From an uncultured virus (IMG/VR IMGVR_UViG_3300044640_001367) (Duplodnaviria > Heunggongvirae > Uroviricota > Caudoviricetes): a DNA stretch of 64,000 nt. The stretch lies in IMG/VR virus record IMGVR_UViG_3300044640_001367, positions 1-64,000 of that record; one strand, 5' to 3'. Positions 1 to 9,044 of this stretch are shown here, in pieces; position 1 is the stretch's first letter, and every line of letters begins with the position of its first letter. The notes under the pieces are model-generated. The model made no database searches and was not told where the DNA came from. It was given only the letters and a program-made list of their open reading frames with translations. Both the position numbers and the translations under genes were made by a program.

Positions 1-229
1 TGTCTGAAATTTGTTGATTGTGTTTGTATATTTCTCTTAATGTTTTGCGGGTACCAACACTTAGTTTAAATTCTGCTAAATGTAGAGTGTTATTTTCTAT
101 ACATCCGTGTAGAATAGATAATTCATTTAACATTCGATTGAATGTAAATTCGGATTTTTTAAAATTATCAATCTCTCGTTTAGATAAATTCAGATTTAAC
201 CATTGATTTTCCCCCAATAAAGATATCAT
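1..229 (-). CDS. Partial hypothetical protein (5' end only, runs off window; MISLLGENQWLNL...)
   Basis: Not in the ORF track. ATG at 229 on the minus strand, open for 76 codons to the window edge. Preceded 4 nt upstream by the recurring TATTTATT motif (plus strand aataaata 234-241). Confidence 0.7.
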   Translation of the reverse strand, partial: MISLLGENQWLNLNLSKREIDNFKKSEFTFNRMLNELSILHGCIENNTLHLAEFKLSVGTRKTLREIYKHNQQISD

Positions 230-274
230 ATTTAATAAATATATAGATGTAAATAAATGTTGATTAAAATAAAG

Positions 275-303
275 TTGACATAGTTGTTATTTGTATGTAT
301 TAT
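275..303 (+). promoter_or_regulatory. sigma70-type early promoter
   Basis: TTGACA (275-280), 17-nt spacer, TATTAT (298-303). A 9-bp hairpin follows at 312-336. Confidence 0.7.
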
Positions 304-380
304 CAGATTATGTTCTGAGACTGGTAATCTTAGAACTCGTAAATATATTACCACGTTTAAATATTAAAGTATAAATTAGT

Positions 381-572
381 ATGACAGTTAAAAGTGACAG
401 TGTTATAGATAGCAATATTAAGTACGTAATTCTACGTGATGGCAGACGAGTTTCAGATTTGGAATATGTTTCCAAAGTCGAAGCTAAAACTGAATATGAA
501 CATTGGTCATCAATCCTTAATCGGTGGCCTGATGGATCTAAAATTGAAATTGTAGAAGTGAAAGGTAAATAA
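381..572 (+). CDS. Hypothetical protein, 63 aa
   Basis: ORF downstream of the sigma70 promoter. Its stop overlaps the next start (TAATG). Confidence 0.7.
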   Translation: MTVKSDSVIDSNIKYVILRDGRRVSDLEYVSKVEAKTEYEHWSSILNRWPDGSKIEIVEVKGK

Positions 573-805
573 TGAGTGGTAATATATTTGGCTTAAAACA
601 GAAGATTAACGCAGCTAGCACAGAAAAAGAAGTATTAGATTTATTACAGTTGAGCAAAACATTTGTAGATGCGTCTCCAGAAACAATTCGTTCTTGGAAA
701 AATTCATCCACAAAAAAATTACATCAGTTAAATTCAACTAAACCAGCAATAGAAAATGTTGAAACTGACAACAATAAACCCGTAAAGAAGAAAAAGAAAA
801 AGTAA
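572..805 (+). CDS. Hypothetical protein, 77 aa, poly-Lys C-terminus
   Basis: Translationally coupled ORF with AAAGG SD-like site, followed by a terminator. Confidence 0.7.
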   Translation: MSGNIFGLKQKINAASTEKEVLDLLQLSKTFVDASPETIRSWKNSSTKKLHQLNSTKPAIENVETDNNKPVKKKKKK

Positions 806-827
806 GAGGTGGTTAAATTGATTGTGA

Positions 828-860
828 AAAGACGTTACTTCGGTAACGTCTTTATTTTTT
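828..860 (+). terminator. Intrinsic terminator with UUCG loop
   Basis: AAAGACGTTAC-TTCG-GTAACGTCTTT followed by a T-run. Confidence 0.85.
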
Positions 861-875
861 CTTATATACTTATAT

Positions 876-1229
876 ATGATGATAGATAAATACTCTTCAT
901 TAACTTTGCCATCTGATTATAGTCAGATGGAGGGTTTGATTAAAGTCAATAAAATTAAGTTGATGGAACAAATTGTTTCGTCTATATGTTACGCGGTGAA
1001 GAACAATTTGAATGCGATAGAGGTCTTTAATTTTAAAGATTCTGATTTCATAGTAGTATTAGTCCGTGATTCATTTGAAAGTAATTTAAATAGTATTTAT
1101 AATTATTATATCTCATCTGAGACATATGAACATTGCGGACGTGTTTTAAATATTAAACAACAACTAAACCAAAAAAATGAACAAGAAAAAAGACACAAGT
1201 CCAAAGGTTCACCAAAACGAAAAAATTAA
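876..1229 (+). CDS. Hypothetical protein, 117 aa
   Basis: ORF preceded by a TACTTATA motif (867-874). Overlaps the phoH start. Confidence 0.65.
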   Translation: MMIDKYSSLTLPSDYSQMEGLIKVNKIKLMEQIVSSICYAVKNNLNAIEVFNFKDSDFIVVLVRDSFESNLNSIYNYYISSETYEHCGRVLNIKQQLNQKNEQEKRHKSKGSPKRKN

Positions 1230-1887
1230 AGAATCAGTTAGAATAGATGAACGACAACTTACATCTAAACAGATTGAATTATTAAATTTATTACAAAATA
1301 AAACAACCAAACTAGTCTTTATTTCTGGGCCAGCTGGAACTGCCAAAACATATACGTCAATATTAGCAGGTTTAACCTTATTGAATCATAAAAGGGTGAG
1401 TGAAATTATATATGTTAGAAGTATAGTTGAAAGCAGCGATAGTAAATTAGGATTTTTGCCTGGTGAAATGGATGAAAAAATGAGTCCATATATCCAACCA
1501 TTGATAGACAAATTAGAAGAATTGTTGCCAAAACACGATATTGATAAATTGAAAAAAGAGGAACGTATTCACGGATTCCCAATCAATTTTTTACGTGGTT
1601 TAAGTTGGAATGCTAAATGTATCGTAGCAGATGAAGCTCAGAATATGAGTAAAAAAGAACTAATAACATTGATCACACGTGTGGGTGAATTCAGTAAGTT
1701 ATTTATCTGTGGCGATCCAGATCAAAGTGATATCAACGGTAAAAGTGGATTTGTGCCAATGATGAATGTTTTCGACGATGAAGAAAGTAGAAATAATGGA
1801 ATTTATGTATTCAAATTTGATGAAGACGACATTGTTCGGAGTGGTTTAGTAAAATTTATATTAAAAAAACTAAAAAACGTTAGTTGA
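1177..1887 (+). CDS. phoH: PhoH-family ATPase
   Basis: GPAGTAKT (Walker A variant), LGFLPG, FLRG, ADEAQN, GDPDQSD and DIVRSGLV motifs. Confidence 0.95.
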   Translation: MNKKKDTSPKVHQNEKIKESVRIDERQLTSKQIELLNLLQNKTTKLVFISGPAGTAKTYTSILAGLTLLNHKRVSEIIYVRSIVESSDSKLGFLPGEMDEKMSPYIQPLIDKLEELLPKHDIDKLKKEERIHGFPINFLRGLSWNAKCIVADEAQNMSKKELITLITRVGEFSKLFICGDPDQSDINGKSGFVPMMNVFDDEESRNNGIYVFKFDEDDIVRSGLVKFILKKLKNVS

Positions 1888-1907
1888 TTAATAATTATTA
1901 ATATAAT

Positions 1908-4334
1908 ATGGCGATAGTATCCAATCAAGGTAGGACCGTTCCCGAATTACCAACATTAACATCTGGTAATATTGGCGACAATGATTATTTAATCATACAA
2001 AGTGTGAGTAGCAACTCAACTAAAAAATCTACTGTCAATAGTTTTGTACAAAAGACCGGCGATCTTTTAACGTCGTTTGATAGTTTAAATTTTACAGGTC
2101 CAAATAACAGATACATAGGTTCATTCAGAAGTTTTGAAGGTGATAACTATTCCGTCATAAGTCAAAATGTACCAAATGTATTTAAAAGAGCCATAGTAAG
2201 CGATTATCTTACTATTGGATATAATCCATCCGCGCCAACCTTTTTGGGAATCTATGCAAAGACAATAGATGTTAATCAAGCAACTGGCGGTGGTGGTAAT
2301 ATTACGTTTACTGGAAATTCTATAAATAGTCAAATAACAATGCTTGACTATTCAAATGGATTGGTTCTTGAAAATACACCTTTTAAACTTGAACAAATTA
2401 CAGCTAGTGCGGGTATAACAGGCAGTTTAAAAGGACGTTTATTAGGCAATGTAACGATTGGCACAGGTAAAAGTTCATTTAACAATGTAGACGTAAATAA
2501 TAATTTATATGCTGTAAATGCCGAGGTAAACAACGTTACTATAAGTTCTGGTGTAATTGAAAACGTTACTATTAACAATTCTACAATTGGAACAATTTTA
2601 CCGAGGATTATATCAGGGTCAAAGATATATTCCGTAAATGGATTTTCAGGAGTATTTTCTGGCAGTGGTAATATTTCAATGACGGGTAGTTTAAAAGGCA
2701 AATTAAGAGGCAATGTAACATCTACAACAGGCACAAGTGATTTTAACAATATATCAGCTGCTAGTATATATTCTAGTGTGTATATTGAATCCCCATTATT
2801 TGTAGGCACATCCAGTTATTCTTACAACGGATTGGGTGAGTTATCATCTTTATCAAGTAGCTATGCACAAACTTCAAGTATGTGTATGTCAACCACAGCA
2901 GATTCAGCTTCATATTTGAATTGGTCTAATTTAAGATCAAACGGCACAGCTAGTTATTCATATAATGGCAATTTAAAATATTCTTCTTTTTCAAGTAGTT
3001 ACGCACGTACTTCAAGTAAAGCTATAAGTGGTAGTTATTCTACTAGAACCACTAGCGCTTCATACGCATTGCGAGCTTCAACGGTTCTTGGAACAGTTGA
3101 TAATGCTTTATACGCCATAGCAGCTGATTCATCAACTACTTCATTAACATCCTCTTATTTATTAAAAGGATCTTTAAATAGTTCAAGTGCTGTACCATAT
3201 TTTTTCGGTAATAGATTAACAACATCCCCACTATTTTATAAAAATGAGTCTGGACAAATTAATTTTTATATATCAGCTTCCGCTAAATATGCACAATCTA
3301 ATTTGACAGTGGTCAATAGAGGATCTGGTATATATAGTTCAGCTGCGTTTGTATTACAAAATAAAAACAGATCAACCGGTTATCCAAACCAAGATCAATG
3401 GTTTATATCATCTGTTACTAGTGGTAGTTTGACATTGAGTATTACCACAGGATCCTATCATCTTAAAAATAGTACCATTACAACAAGAATATCGGATACA
3501 CCTTTATCGGGTGGTATATCAGGTGGCGGAAGTTGGAATGGTGTATCTGGCACAGCAGGTGTAATGGTTGCACTTAAACAAGTACGCAATGGTTTTTACT
3601 TCTGGCCATATATCCAGTCAGATTCAGCTGCGAGAGATGGTTCAGTTGGTATAGGCGTACAACCTCCAGCAGAGCCAACTGGTTCTATAGACAAGTATTT
3701 ACGTGCTAAGTTGCAAATTAGAATGTTTAGTGGTAGTAATCAAGCAGCGAACGTTGCTGGATCAGTATTAGCTGGTAAATTTGTTGGCGGAGCACCAGTT
3801 GGTGTAGAAAATAAACAAACCGCAATATTGGTACAATATGGATCAAGTAGTTTTGCAAATACATTTTATGTATCCAGTAGCGGTGATATGCGTGCGTATG
3901 GATCTATCAGTGGTAGCAAGATGTATTCATATGGAAGTATCAAAGTTGATAATGGTTCGTATATTTCCAAAACAGATAGTGCTATTATAACTGGATCTTT
4001 TAAAGGCAATTATCAAAAAGATTATACAACTGTAAGTGCTACTATTGCAGCTGCAACAACTAATTTGAGTTTTGATGATTATGATATGATTTATCTAACG
4101 GCTACAGCCGCTCAAACATTTAATGTAAATCTCACACAGAAGAAAGTGTGTTATTTATATTTCTATAATAATAGTGGCGGTACATCATTTATCTGGCAAA
4201 CCGGTACTACCAATTCTTTAAAGTGGCCAAGTGGTGCAGCGTCAAATCCATCAAATGGATCCAGAGATCTATATTCCATCATATTGATGGGCAGTGAAAT
4301 TCTTATAAATAAGATCGCAGCTTCTTACTCTTAA
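1908..4334 (+). CDS. Tail fibre-like structural protein, 808 aa
   Basis: Fibre N-terminal anchor motif (VPELP...DYLIIQ...TKKSTV), Ser/Thr/Gly-rich repeats (TGSLKG, SASYA/SSSYA), and a C-terminal KWPSGAA...DLYSI fibre-tip-like domain. Confidence 0.7.
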   Translation: MAIVSNQGRTVPELPTLTSGNIGDNDYLIIQSVSSNSTKKSTVNSFVQKTGDLLTSFDSLNFTGPNNRYIGSFRSFEGDNYSVISQNVPNVFKRAIVSDYLTIGYNPSAPTFLGIYAKTIDVNQATGGGGNITFTGNSINSQITMLDYSNGLVLENTPFKLEQITASAGITGSLKGRLLGNVTIGTGKSSFNNVDVNNNLYAVNAEVNNVTISSGVIENVTINNSTIGTILPRIISGSKIYSVNGFSGVFSGSGNISMTGSLKGKLRGNVTSTTGTSDFNNISAASIYSSVYIESPLFVGTSSYSYNGLGELSSLSSSYAQTSSMCMSTTADSASYLNWSNLRSNGTASYSYNGNLKYSSFSSSYARTSSKAISGSYSTRTTSASYALRASTVLGTVDNALYAIAADSSTTSLTSSYLLKGSLNSSSAVPYFFGNRLTTSPLFYKNESGQINFYISASAKYAQSNLTVVNRGSGIYSSAAFVLQNKNRSTGYPNQDQWFISSVTSGSLTLSITTGSYHLKNSTITTRISDTPLSGGISGGGSWNGVSGTAGVMVALKQVRNGFYFWPYIQSDSAARDGSVGIGVQPPAEPTGSIDKYLRAKLQIRMFSGSNQAANVAGSVLAGKFVGGAPVGVENKQTAILVQYGSSSFANTFYVSSSGDMRAYGSISGSKMYSYGSIKVDNGSYISKTDSAIITGSFKGNYQKDYTTVSATIAAATTNLSFDDYDMIYLTATAAQTFNVNLTQKKVCYLYFYNNSGGTSFIWQTGTTNSLKWPSGAASNPSNGSRDLYSIILMGSEILINKIAASYS

Positions 4335-4341
4335 TACTTTA

Positions 4342-4349
4342 TATTTATA
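4342..4349 (+). promoter_or_regulatory. Representative copy of the putative late-promoter motif TATTTATA
   Basis: The same motif or a close variant occurs at 9034, 11623, 26638, 40079, 44098, 50358, 52854, 61771 and 63104 (+), and at 234, 54319, 60751 and 61741 (-), always in the sense orientation of the downstream gene. Confidence 0.7.
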
Positions 4350-4353
4350 AAAT

Positions 4354-4896
4354 ATGTCAACGCCGTGTAACAGTTTAAATGTTCAATTAATAAAAGTCAG
4401 TGATCTTGCGAGCTATAATAATATAAAAGCCGCAGACCAATTGATGCTTATTGAAAATACAGGTGGTTCAAAATATTCTAGAAAATCCACTTTATCAGAT
4501 TTAAAAGATTATGTTAATTCAGATGGTATATCTGGTTATACAACGTCTTTATTTAACACCACAACAGACTTGAATAATATTTATACATATTCGTTGGGAA
4601 ATGTATTTTCTTTTTCGCATGGTTTTTCTTCAACACCATCTTTAGTAAGAGTAGTTTTACAATGCGCAGCTAATGATGGTAGATTTGTTATAAACCAAGA
4701 AGTTGATGTAACTTCATTTTTTAATAATGAAACAAAACCAATATGTAGTGTTGTTTCACGTTCAAGTAATATATTAGTAATAGTACCCACTTTCACTAGT
4801 ATTACCACATATGATTACAATAGTAGTACTAGTGTAATATCGCAATATAACATCGATACGTCAAAGTGGTATATTAAAATTTACGCCTGGAAGTAA
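4354..4896 (+). CDS. Short fibre/structural protein with shared N-terminal anchor
   Basis: IKVSDL...SRKSTLSDL N-terminus paralogous to the 4899 protein. Also carries HGFSSTPSLVRV, a motif seen in fibre tips. Confidence 0.6.
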   Translation: MSTPCNSLNVQLIKVSDLASYNNIKAADQLMLIENTGGSKYSRKSTLSDLKDYVNSDGISGYTTSLFNTTTDLNNIYTYSLGNVFSFSHGFSSTPSLVRVVLQCAANDGRFVINQEVDVTSFFNNETKPICSVVSRSSNILVIVPTFTSITTYDYNSSTSVISQYNIDTSKWYIKIYAWK

Positions 4897-4898
4897 TT

Positions 4899-6389
4899 AT
4901 GTCAACTACCTGCAATTTAATACAACAAATAAAAGTTAGTGATCTTGTAAGATACAACACATTAACAGCTAAGGATTTAATTTTAACAATTGAATCTGGA
5001 TCATCCAATAACTTGTACTCTCGAAAAAGTACATTTGGCGATATAGTTACATTTTTATCAGATGTTACGGGATCTTACACAGGAAGTTTTTCTGGATCCG
5101 CAAAAACATTAAAAGGTATTTTTACTGGTAGTTTTACAGGCAGTTTTAAAGGAAAACATTCAGGTAGTTTTAGTGGAAATTTTAATGGCCGTAATACAGG
5201 TAGTTTCACAGGCAGTTTTAAAGGATTAACTACAGGTAAATCCCAAACATCTGGATCGTTGAGTGGTAGTTTTAACGGTTACATATTAACTAAAAAAGCA
5301 AATGCTAGTGGTAGTTTTAGTGGAAGTTTGTATGGAACTATAATTAGTAAAAATTCAAAACTAACAGGTAGTTTCAGTGGAATTTCAAAAGGACAATTTT
5401 CAGGAAGTGTTTCAGCTAGTATAAAAGGTTACATCAGCGCTTCAAATCATTATAATGCCAATAGAAAAGTAGCATTTTATGGCACAGCTAGTTGTGCTAA
5501 AACCGCATCTTATTCTTTAAATTCAGGTGGAAATATAACAGGTACAGGTACTACAAATCAATTTTCATATTGGTCAGGAACAAGTGCATTGGGTTCTACT
5601 AATTATCTTGTAAGAAATAGTACTATTAATAATTTAGGTAGTATGGCAGCTGGCAGAGTAACTGCGAATAATCCTCTGCAATTTTCTACTGCTGGCGAAC
5701 AAATTATTCAACATTCGGCATCTGGACAATCGGTCTCTGGATTAGGATTACAAACTTCTAATAATTATTTAAGAACAACTGCTAATTTTGCAATTTATTA
5801 TTCAGGATCTCATATAAATACATCAGCGTTACCAGGCAAAGATGTAATTTGGCAGTCTGGTAAATCAGGATGGGGAATATTAGGCGCAAGACAAAGACTA
5901 TTAAGTGTGGGTAACATAGTAAGTTCTGATAATGTAAATGCTCAATTACATTTACATTTAAGTGGATCCACTGGTTGGCCAACAGGTTACAACCCAAATA
6001 CCAATGTATTTCTAATTACATCAGGTAGCAATCAAACAAAATTGTTACGTGTAAGTGGCAGTGGTCAATTGGACGTGAGAGGTGATATAGTTGCACTTTC
6101 AACATTCGCTTCGTCCGATATAAGACTCAAAGACAATATCAAAACTATAGAAAATGCTTTATCTAAAGTTAATCAAATACGTCCAATAGAATTTAATTGG
6201 AAGTCAAATGGAAAACAAGACTTTGGTGTTATTGCTCAACAAATTGAAGAATTGTATCCTGATTTAGTAACTGAAAATCTTGAAGGATATAAAGTTGTAA
6301 AATATAATCCACTTATCGCATTGTTATTAAAATCTATTCAAGAACTACACAAAGAAGTTCAAGAACTAAAAAATAAGATCGAATCTTAA
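4899..6389 (+). CDS. Tail fibre with C-terminal intramolecular chaperone (peptidase S74)
   Basis: GSF repeats in the shaft. C-terminal SDIRLKDNI...FNWK...GVIAQQIEELYPDLV...VKYN...LLKSIQEL plus coiled coil. Confidence 0.9.
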   Translation: MSTTCNLIQQIKVSDLVRYNTLTAKDLILTIESGSSNNLYSRKSTFGDIVTFLSDVTGSYTGSFSGSAKTLKGIFTGSFTGSFKGKHSGSFSGNFNGRNTGSFTGSFKGLTTGKSQTSGSLSGSFNGYILTKKANASGSFSGSLYGTIISKNSKLTGSFSGISKGQFSGSVSASIKGYISASNHYNANRKVAFYGTASCAKTASYSLNSGGNITGTGTTNQFSYWSGTSALGSTNYLVRNSTINNLGSMAAGRVTANNPLQFSTAGEQIIQHSASGQSVSGLGLQTSNNYLRTTANFAIYYSGSHINTSALPGKDVIWQSGKSGWGILGARQRLLSVGNIVSSDNVNAQLHLHLSGSTGWPTGYNPNTNVFLITSGSNQTKLLRVSGSGQLDVRGDIVALSTFASSDIRLKDNIKTIENALSKVNQIRPIEFNWKSNGKQDFGVIAQQIEELYPDLVTENLEGYKVVKYNPLIALLLKSIQELHKEVQELKNKIES

Positions 6390-6403
6390 TATATATAGGA
6401 TAT

Positions 6404-8350
6404 ATGCCTGTCAATATATTAAACAGATCTGGTCCATTGAGTTTCAAAAGTGAAACAAATAATAGCGAAAATCTTTCGATCAACAGTTTATTAAGCAACG
6501 TTTATAATCCAGGCTCAAATAATTTTTCTATATCGCAAAGTTATTACCAATTGCAAAATAGAATTGGCAATTCAAACTCTGATTCAAGTACGATTAATAT
6601 TACAAAACCTTTAGGAGTTGGATTCATAAATAAAGACAATCGGCGACCAATAAAGTTTAGTGAATTTTATGGTGCTTCTTATATAAGTAGTTCTTTCAGT
6701 GTAGCTGCTTCTACTGGTGTCGCTACTGTTAAAATTTACTCGCCAAGTGTAGTACAAAATAATAACTTTTTGACTAATAATATACAAGACAAAGTTTATC
6801 AATACACACTATATTCTAAGTCAGATGTCGTTACACCTATTGTAGATTCTGGGTGGAATAAGATGTTTTCTTACGCTAAATCAGGTGATAACATTGAATC
6901 ATTTTATAATTTAGTTAATACAAACGCATATAAATTGGTTTGTAAGGATTGTTTGTCAAATGCGTTTACATCTAGTATGTTTATAGGCACTTGTACAAGT
7001 ACGGTTATTGATAATACAACCTATACATACACAATATCCGATGTAGATTTACCTACAGCAAGTTCTTTGTTGTTCCAGAAAATAAATAATGATAAAACTA
7101 CCAATGGGTATACGAATACAAAGATAACAGATTTGTCTACCACATTGAATAACTTAAATAGTTTATTGCCGAATCCAAACATTACAACTTATAAATCGAG
7201 TGGACAACTTTTGCCAGTTATATCATATAAAGACAATTTAGGATATACTAGAACGTTGACCTTCGCTGGATTGATTTTACAAAAATCAACCACCCCTGAT
7301 GGTCCACTTGGATATTTTTATACTGGATTGGTAACAGCTACTAGCTTAGGCGGAACAAATCCTACATACCAATACTCGTTTGAAAATACATCAACATTTG
7401 GTCAAATTACACTTTACATTTTAGGTGATCAAGATTCAACTACCTCAACGTGTACGGCACTACCAACACTAGTTGGTAATTTTCCAACCAATATTTCATT
7501 TACAGGCCCAAGATGTGGTTACTTGGATTGCGGAGATGGTTATACTCAACCAGTTTGTAATCCAACTACAACTACACAAATAAAACACAGTGGTAGTTTC
7601 ATAATGACAAATAATAACAATGCGGAGTTATTAGCTACTATCAGTCCTACTTGGACTAACTTAGATGGAACTGCTTTAAATTCGTTAATTAGTACCGTTG
7701 ATTTTACTCCAACTGGGATGTTTTCTATTTCAGCTAACAGTACACGTAAAATTAACATTGGTTTTGGGATTTCTAATTATCAAAATACACTTCAGCCAAA
7801 AACCTTTACTGCTAAAGGTTCGGTTAGTCTAACCTTACCACCAGGATATTCACCGCAATCACAGAATTGTGAAATTATAGCTAGTTTTGATAAAAATTCA
7901 TGCGTTATTTCTCCGGTAACACCCACTGTAGTTACGCCTGTAACAAGTAATTTAGGATGTGTAAATTACAATTCCAATATGTTGGAAAGTTGGACGCAGA
8001 TAAAATCTGGTACCGTGGTAATAATTGCCTATAAAACTGGTACATCGGCTGATAAAACTTTTGCGAAGGCGGTTGTCAATGCTTTACCAAATACAGAATG
8101 TACATTACCTACAACTATATCCCAAGATGGATATACCATTAATATTTCTTGGACAGTAGATCCAGCTGGCGATCAGTCATATGATTGTACATCTGGACAA
8201 TTTTCAGGCACTTATACAGTTGTAACAAGCAATGCTATATTAGGAAATGCAAAGTTTTATATCTTATTTTTGAGAAGAAATAATAATAATCCAAATGCTG
8301 AAAATTACATCAATTTATGCCAAACAGGCGGAGTTTCGTCTGTTGGATAA
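6404..8350 (+). CDS. Putative fibre-tip adhesin (gp38-like N-terminal attachment module), 648 aa
   Basis: N-terminal SGPLSF...PIKFSEFYGAS motif, directly after an S74-bearing fibre. Body is Thr/Ser/Cys-rich and beta-rich. Confidence 0.5.
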   Translation: MPVNILNRSGPLSFKSETNNSENLSINSLLSNVYNPGSNNFSISQSYYQLQNRIGNSNSDSSTINITKPLGVGFINKDNRRPIKFSEFYGASYISSSFSVAASTGVATVKIYSPSVVQNNNFLTNNIQDKVYQYTLYSKSDVVTPIVDSGWNKMFSYAKSGDNIESFYNLVNTNAYKLVCKDCLSNAFTSSMFIGTCTSTVIDNTTYTYTISDVDLPTASSLLFQKINNDKTTNGYTNTKITDLSTTLNNLNSLLPNPNITTYKSSGQLLPVISYKDNLGYTRTLTFAGLILQKSTTPDGPLGYFYTGLVTATSLGGTNPTYQYSFENTSTFGQITLYILGDQDSTTSTCTALPTLVGNFPTNISFTGPRCGYLDCGDGYTQPVCNPTTTTQIKHSGSFIMTNNNNAELLATISPTWTNLDGTALNSLISTVDFTPTGMFSISANSTRKINIGFGISNYQNTLQPKTFTAKGSVSLTLPPGYSPQSQNCEIIASFDKNSCVISPVTPTVVTPVTSNLGCVNYNSNMLESWTQIKSGTVVIIAYKTGTSADKTFAKAVVNALPNTECTLPTTISQDGYTINISWTVDPAGDQSYDCTSGQFSGTYTVVTSNAILGNAKFYILFLRRNNNNPNAENYINLCQTGGVSSVG

Positions 8351-8356
8351 AAAATA

Positions 8357-8389
8357 TTGACATTTTTCAGAAGTTCGTTTATATATATT
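8357..8389 (+). promoter_or_regulatory. Probable sigma70-type promoter of hsp20
   Basis: TTGACA at 8357-8362, with an AT-rich TATATA -10 region 17 nt downstream. Confidence 0.5.
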
Positions 8390-8482
8390 TTTAGATAGTA
8401 CGTGTGTATTATCTACTATAGTGCTCGAGTGAGGCTATTAGGTTAATAAGTTCAATTGAATTATTAAAAGAAAGGTAAATAT

Positions 8483-8965
8483 ATGTCAGTAATTAAATAT
8501 AGTCCGTTTGCATTACGTCACGTTGATCGTGATGAGTTTTTAACGCCATTTGACCGTGTATTCGATGAAGTATTCGCGGCACATTTCCCAGAATTAAATA
8601 AAGAATTGGGAGTTGGTTTCTTTGAAAAACAAAGTTATCCACGTGTAGACGTTGTTGATTACAATGATCGAGTGGAAATTCTAGCAGAGATTCCTGGTCT
8701 CTCTAAAGAAGATGTTTCAGTTGATGTACAAGAAAATGTTCTTACTATTAGTGGTCAAAAGATTAAAAAGATTGATGATAGGGAATTTACAGGAAAGTAT
8801 ATTCGTAGAGAATTAAAACATAGCAATTTCAAACGAAGTTTTACATTAGGTGATCAAATTGATCGCAGAAATCCATCCGCAAAATTTGAAAATGGGTTGT
8901 TAAAGGTTACATTGTCAAAGATCAAACCTACAATTCCAGAAACCAAAAAAATAAAGATTGAGTAA
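8483..8965 (+). CDS. hsp20: Small heat-shock protein (Hsp20/alpha-crystallin)
   Basis: YPRVDV, AEIPGLSKEDVSV, LTISG, FKRSFTL and AKFENGLLKV motifs. SD AGAAAGG upstream. Confidence 0.95.
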   Translation: MSVIKYSPFALRHVDRDEFLTPFDRVFDEVFAAHFPELNKELGVGFFEKQSYPRVDVVDYNDRVEILAEIPGLSKEDVSVDVQENVLTISGQKIKKIDDREFTGKYIRRELKHSNFKRSFTLGDQIDRRNPSAKFENGLLKVTLSKIKPTIPETKKIKIE

Positions 8966-8991
8966 TATTCATATTCAATCAAGGTTATATT

Positions 8992-9028
8992 AAACCCCGT
9001 TCATTTAATTGGATGGGGTTTTTATTTT
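8992..9028 (+). terminator. Intrinsic terminator after hsp20
   Basis: AAACCCCGTTCA...TGGATGGGGTTT stem (G-U pairs) followed by a T-run. Confidence 0.75.
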
Positions 9029-9044
9029 GTAGATATTTATAGAT

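Noticed and set aside
18..206. 62-aa plus-strand ORF in the track
   Set aside because: It is the shadow of a better-supported minus-strand ORF starting at 229, which has an ATG and the upstream motif.
1908..8350. Diversity-generating retroelement or invertible fibre cassette
   Set aside because: No reverse transcriptase, invertase, template/variable repeat pair or flanking inverted repeats were seen in the window.
8357..8482. CIRCE operator or canonical ROSE element before hsp20
   Set aside because: There is no TTAGCACTC-N9-GAGTGCTAA, and the SD is not paired to a U(U/C)GCU motif.
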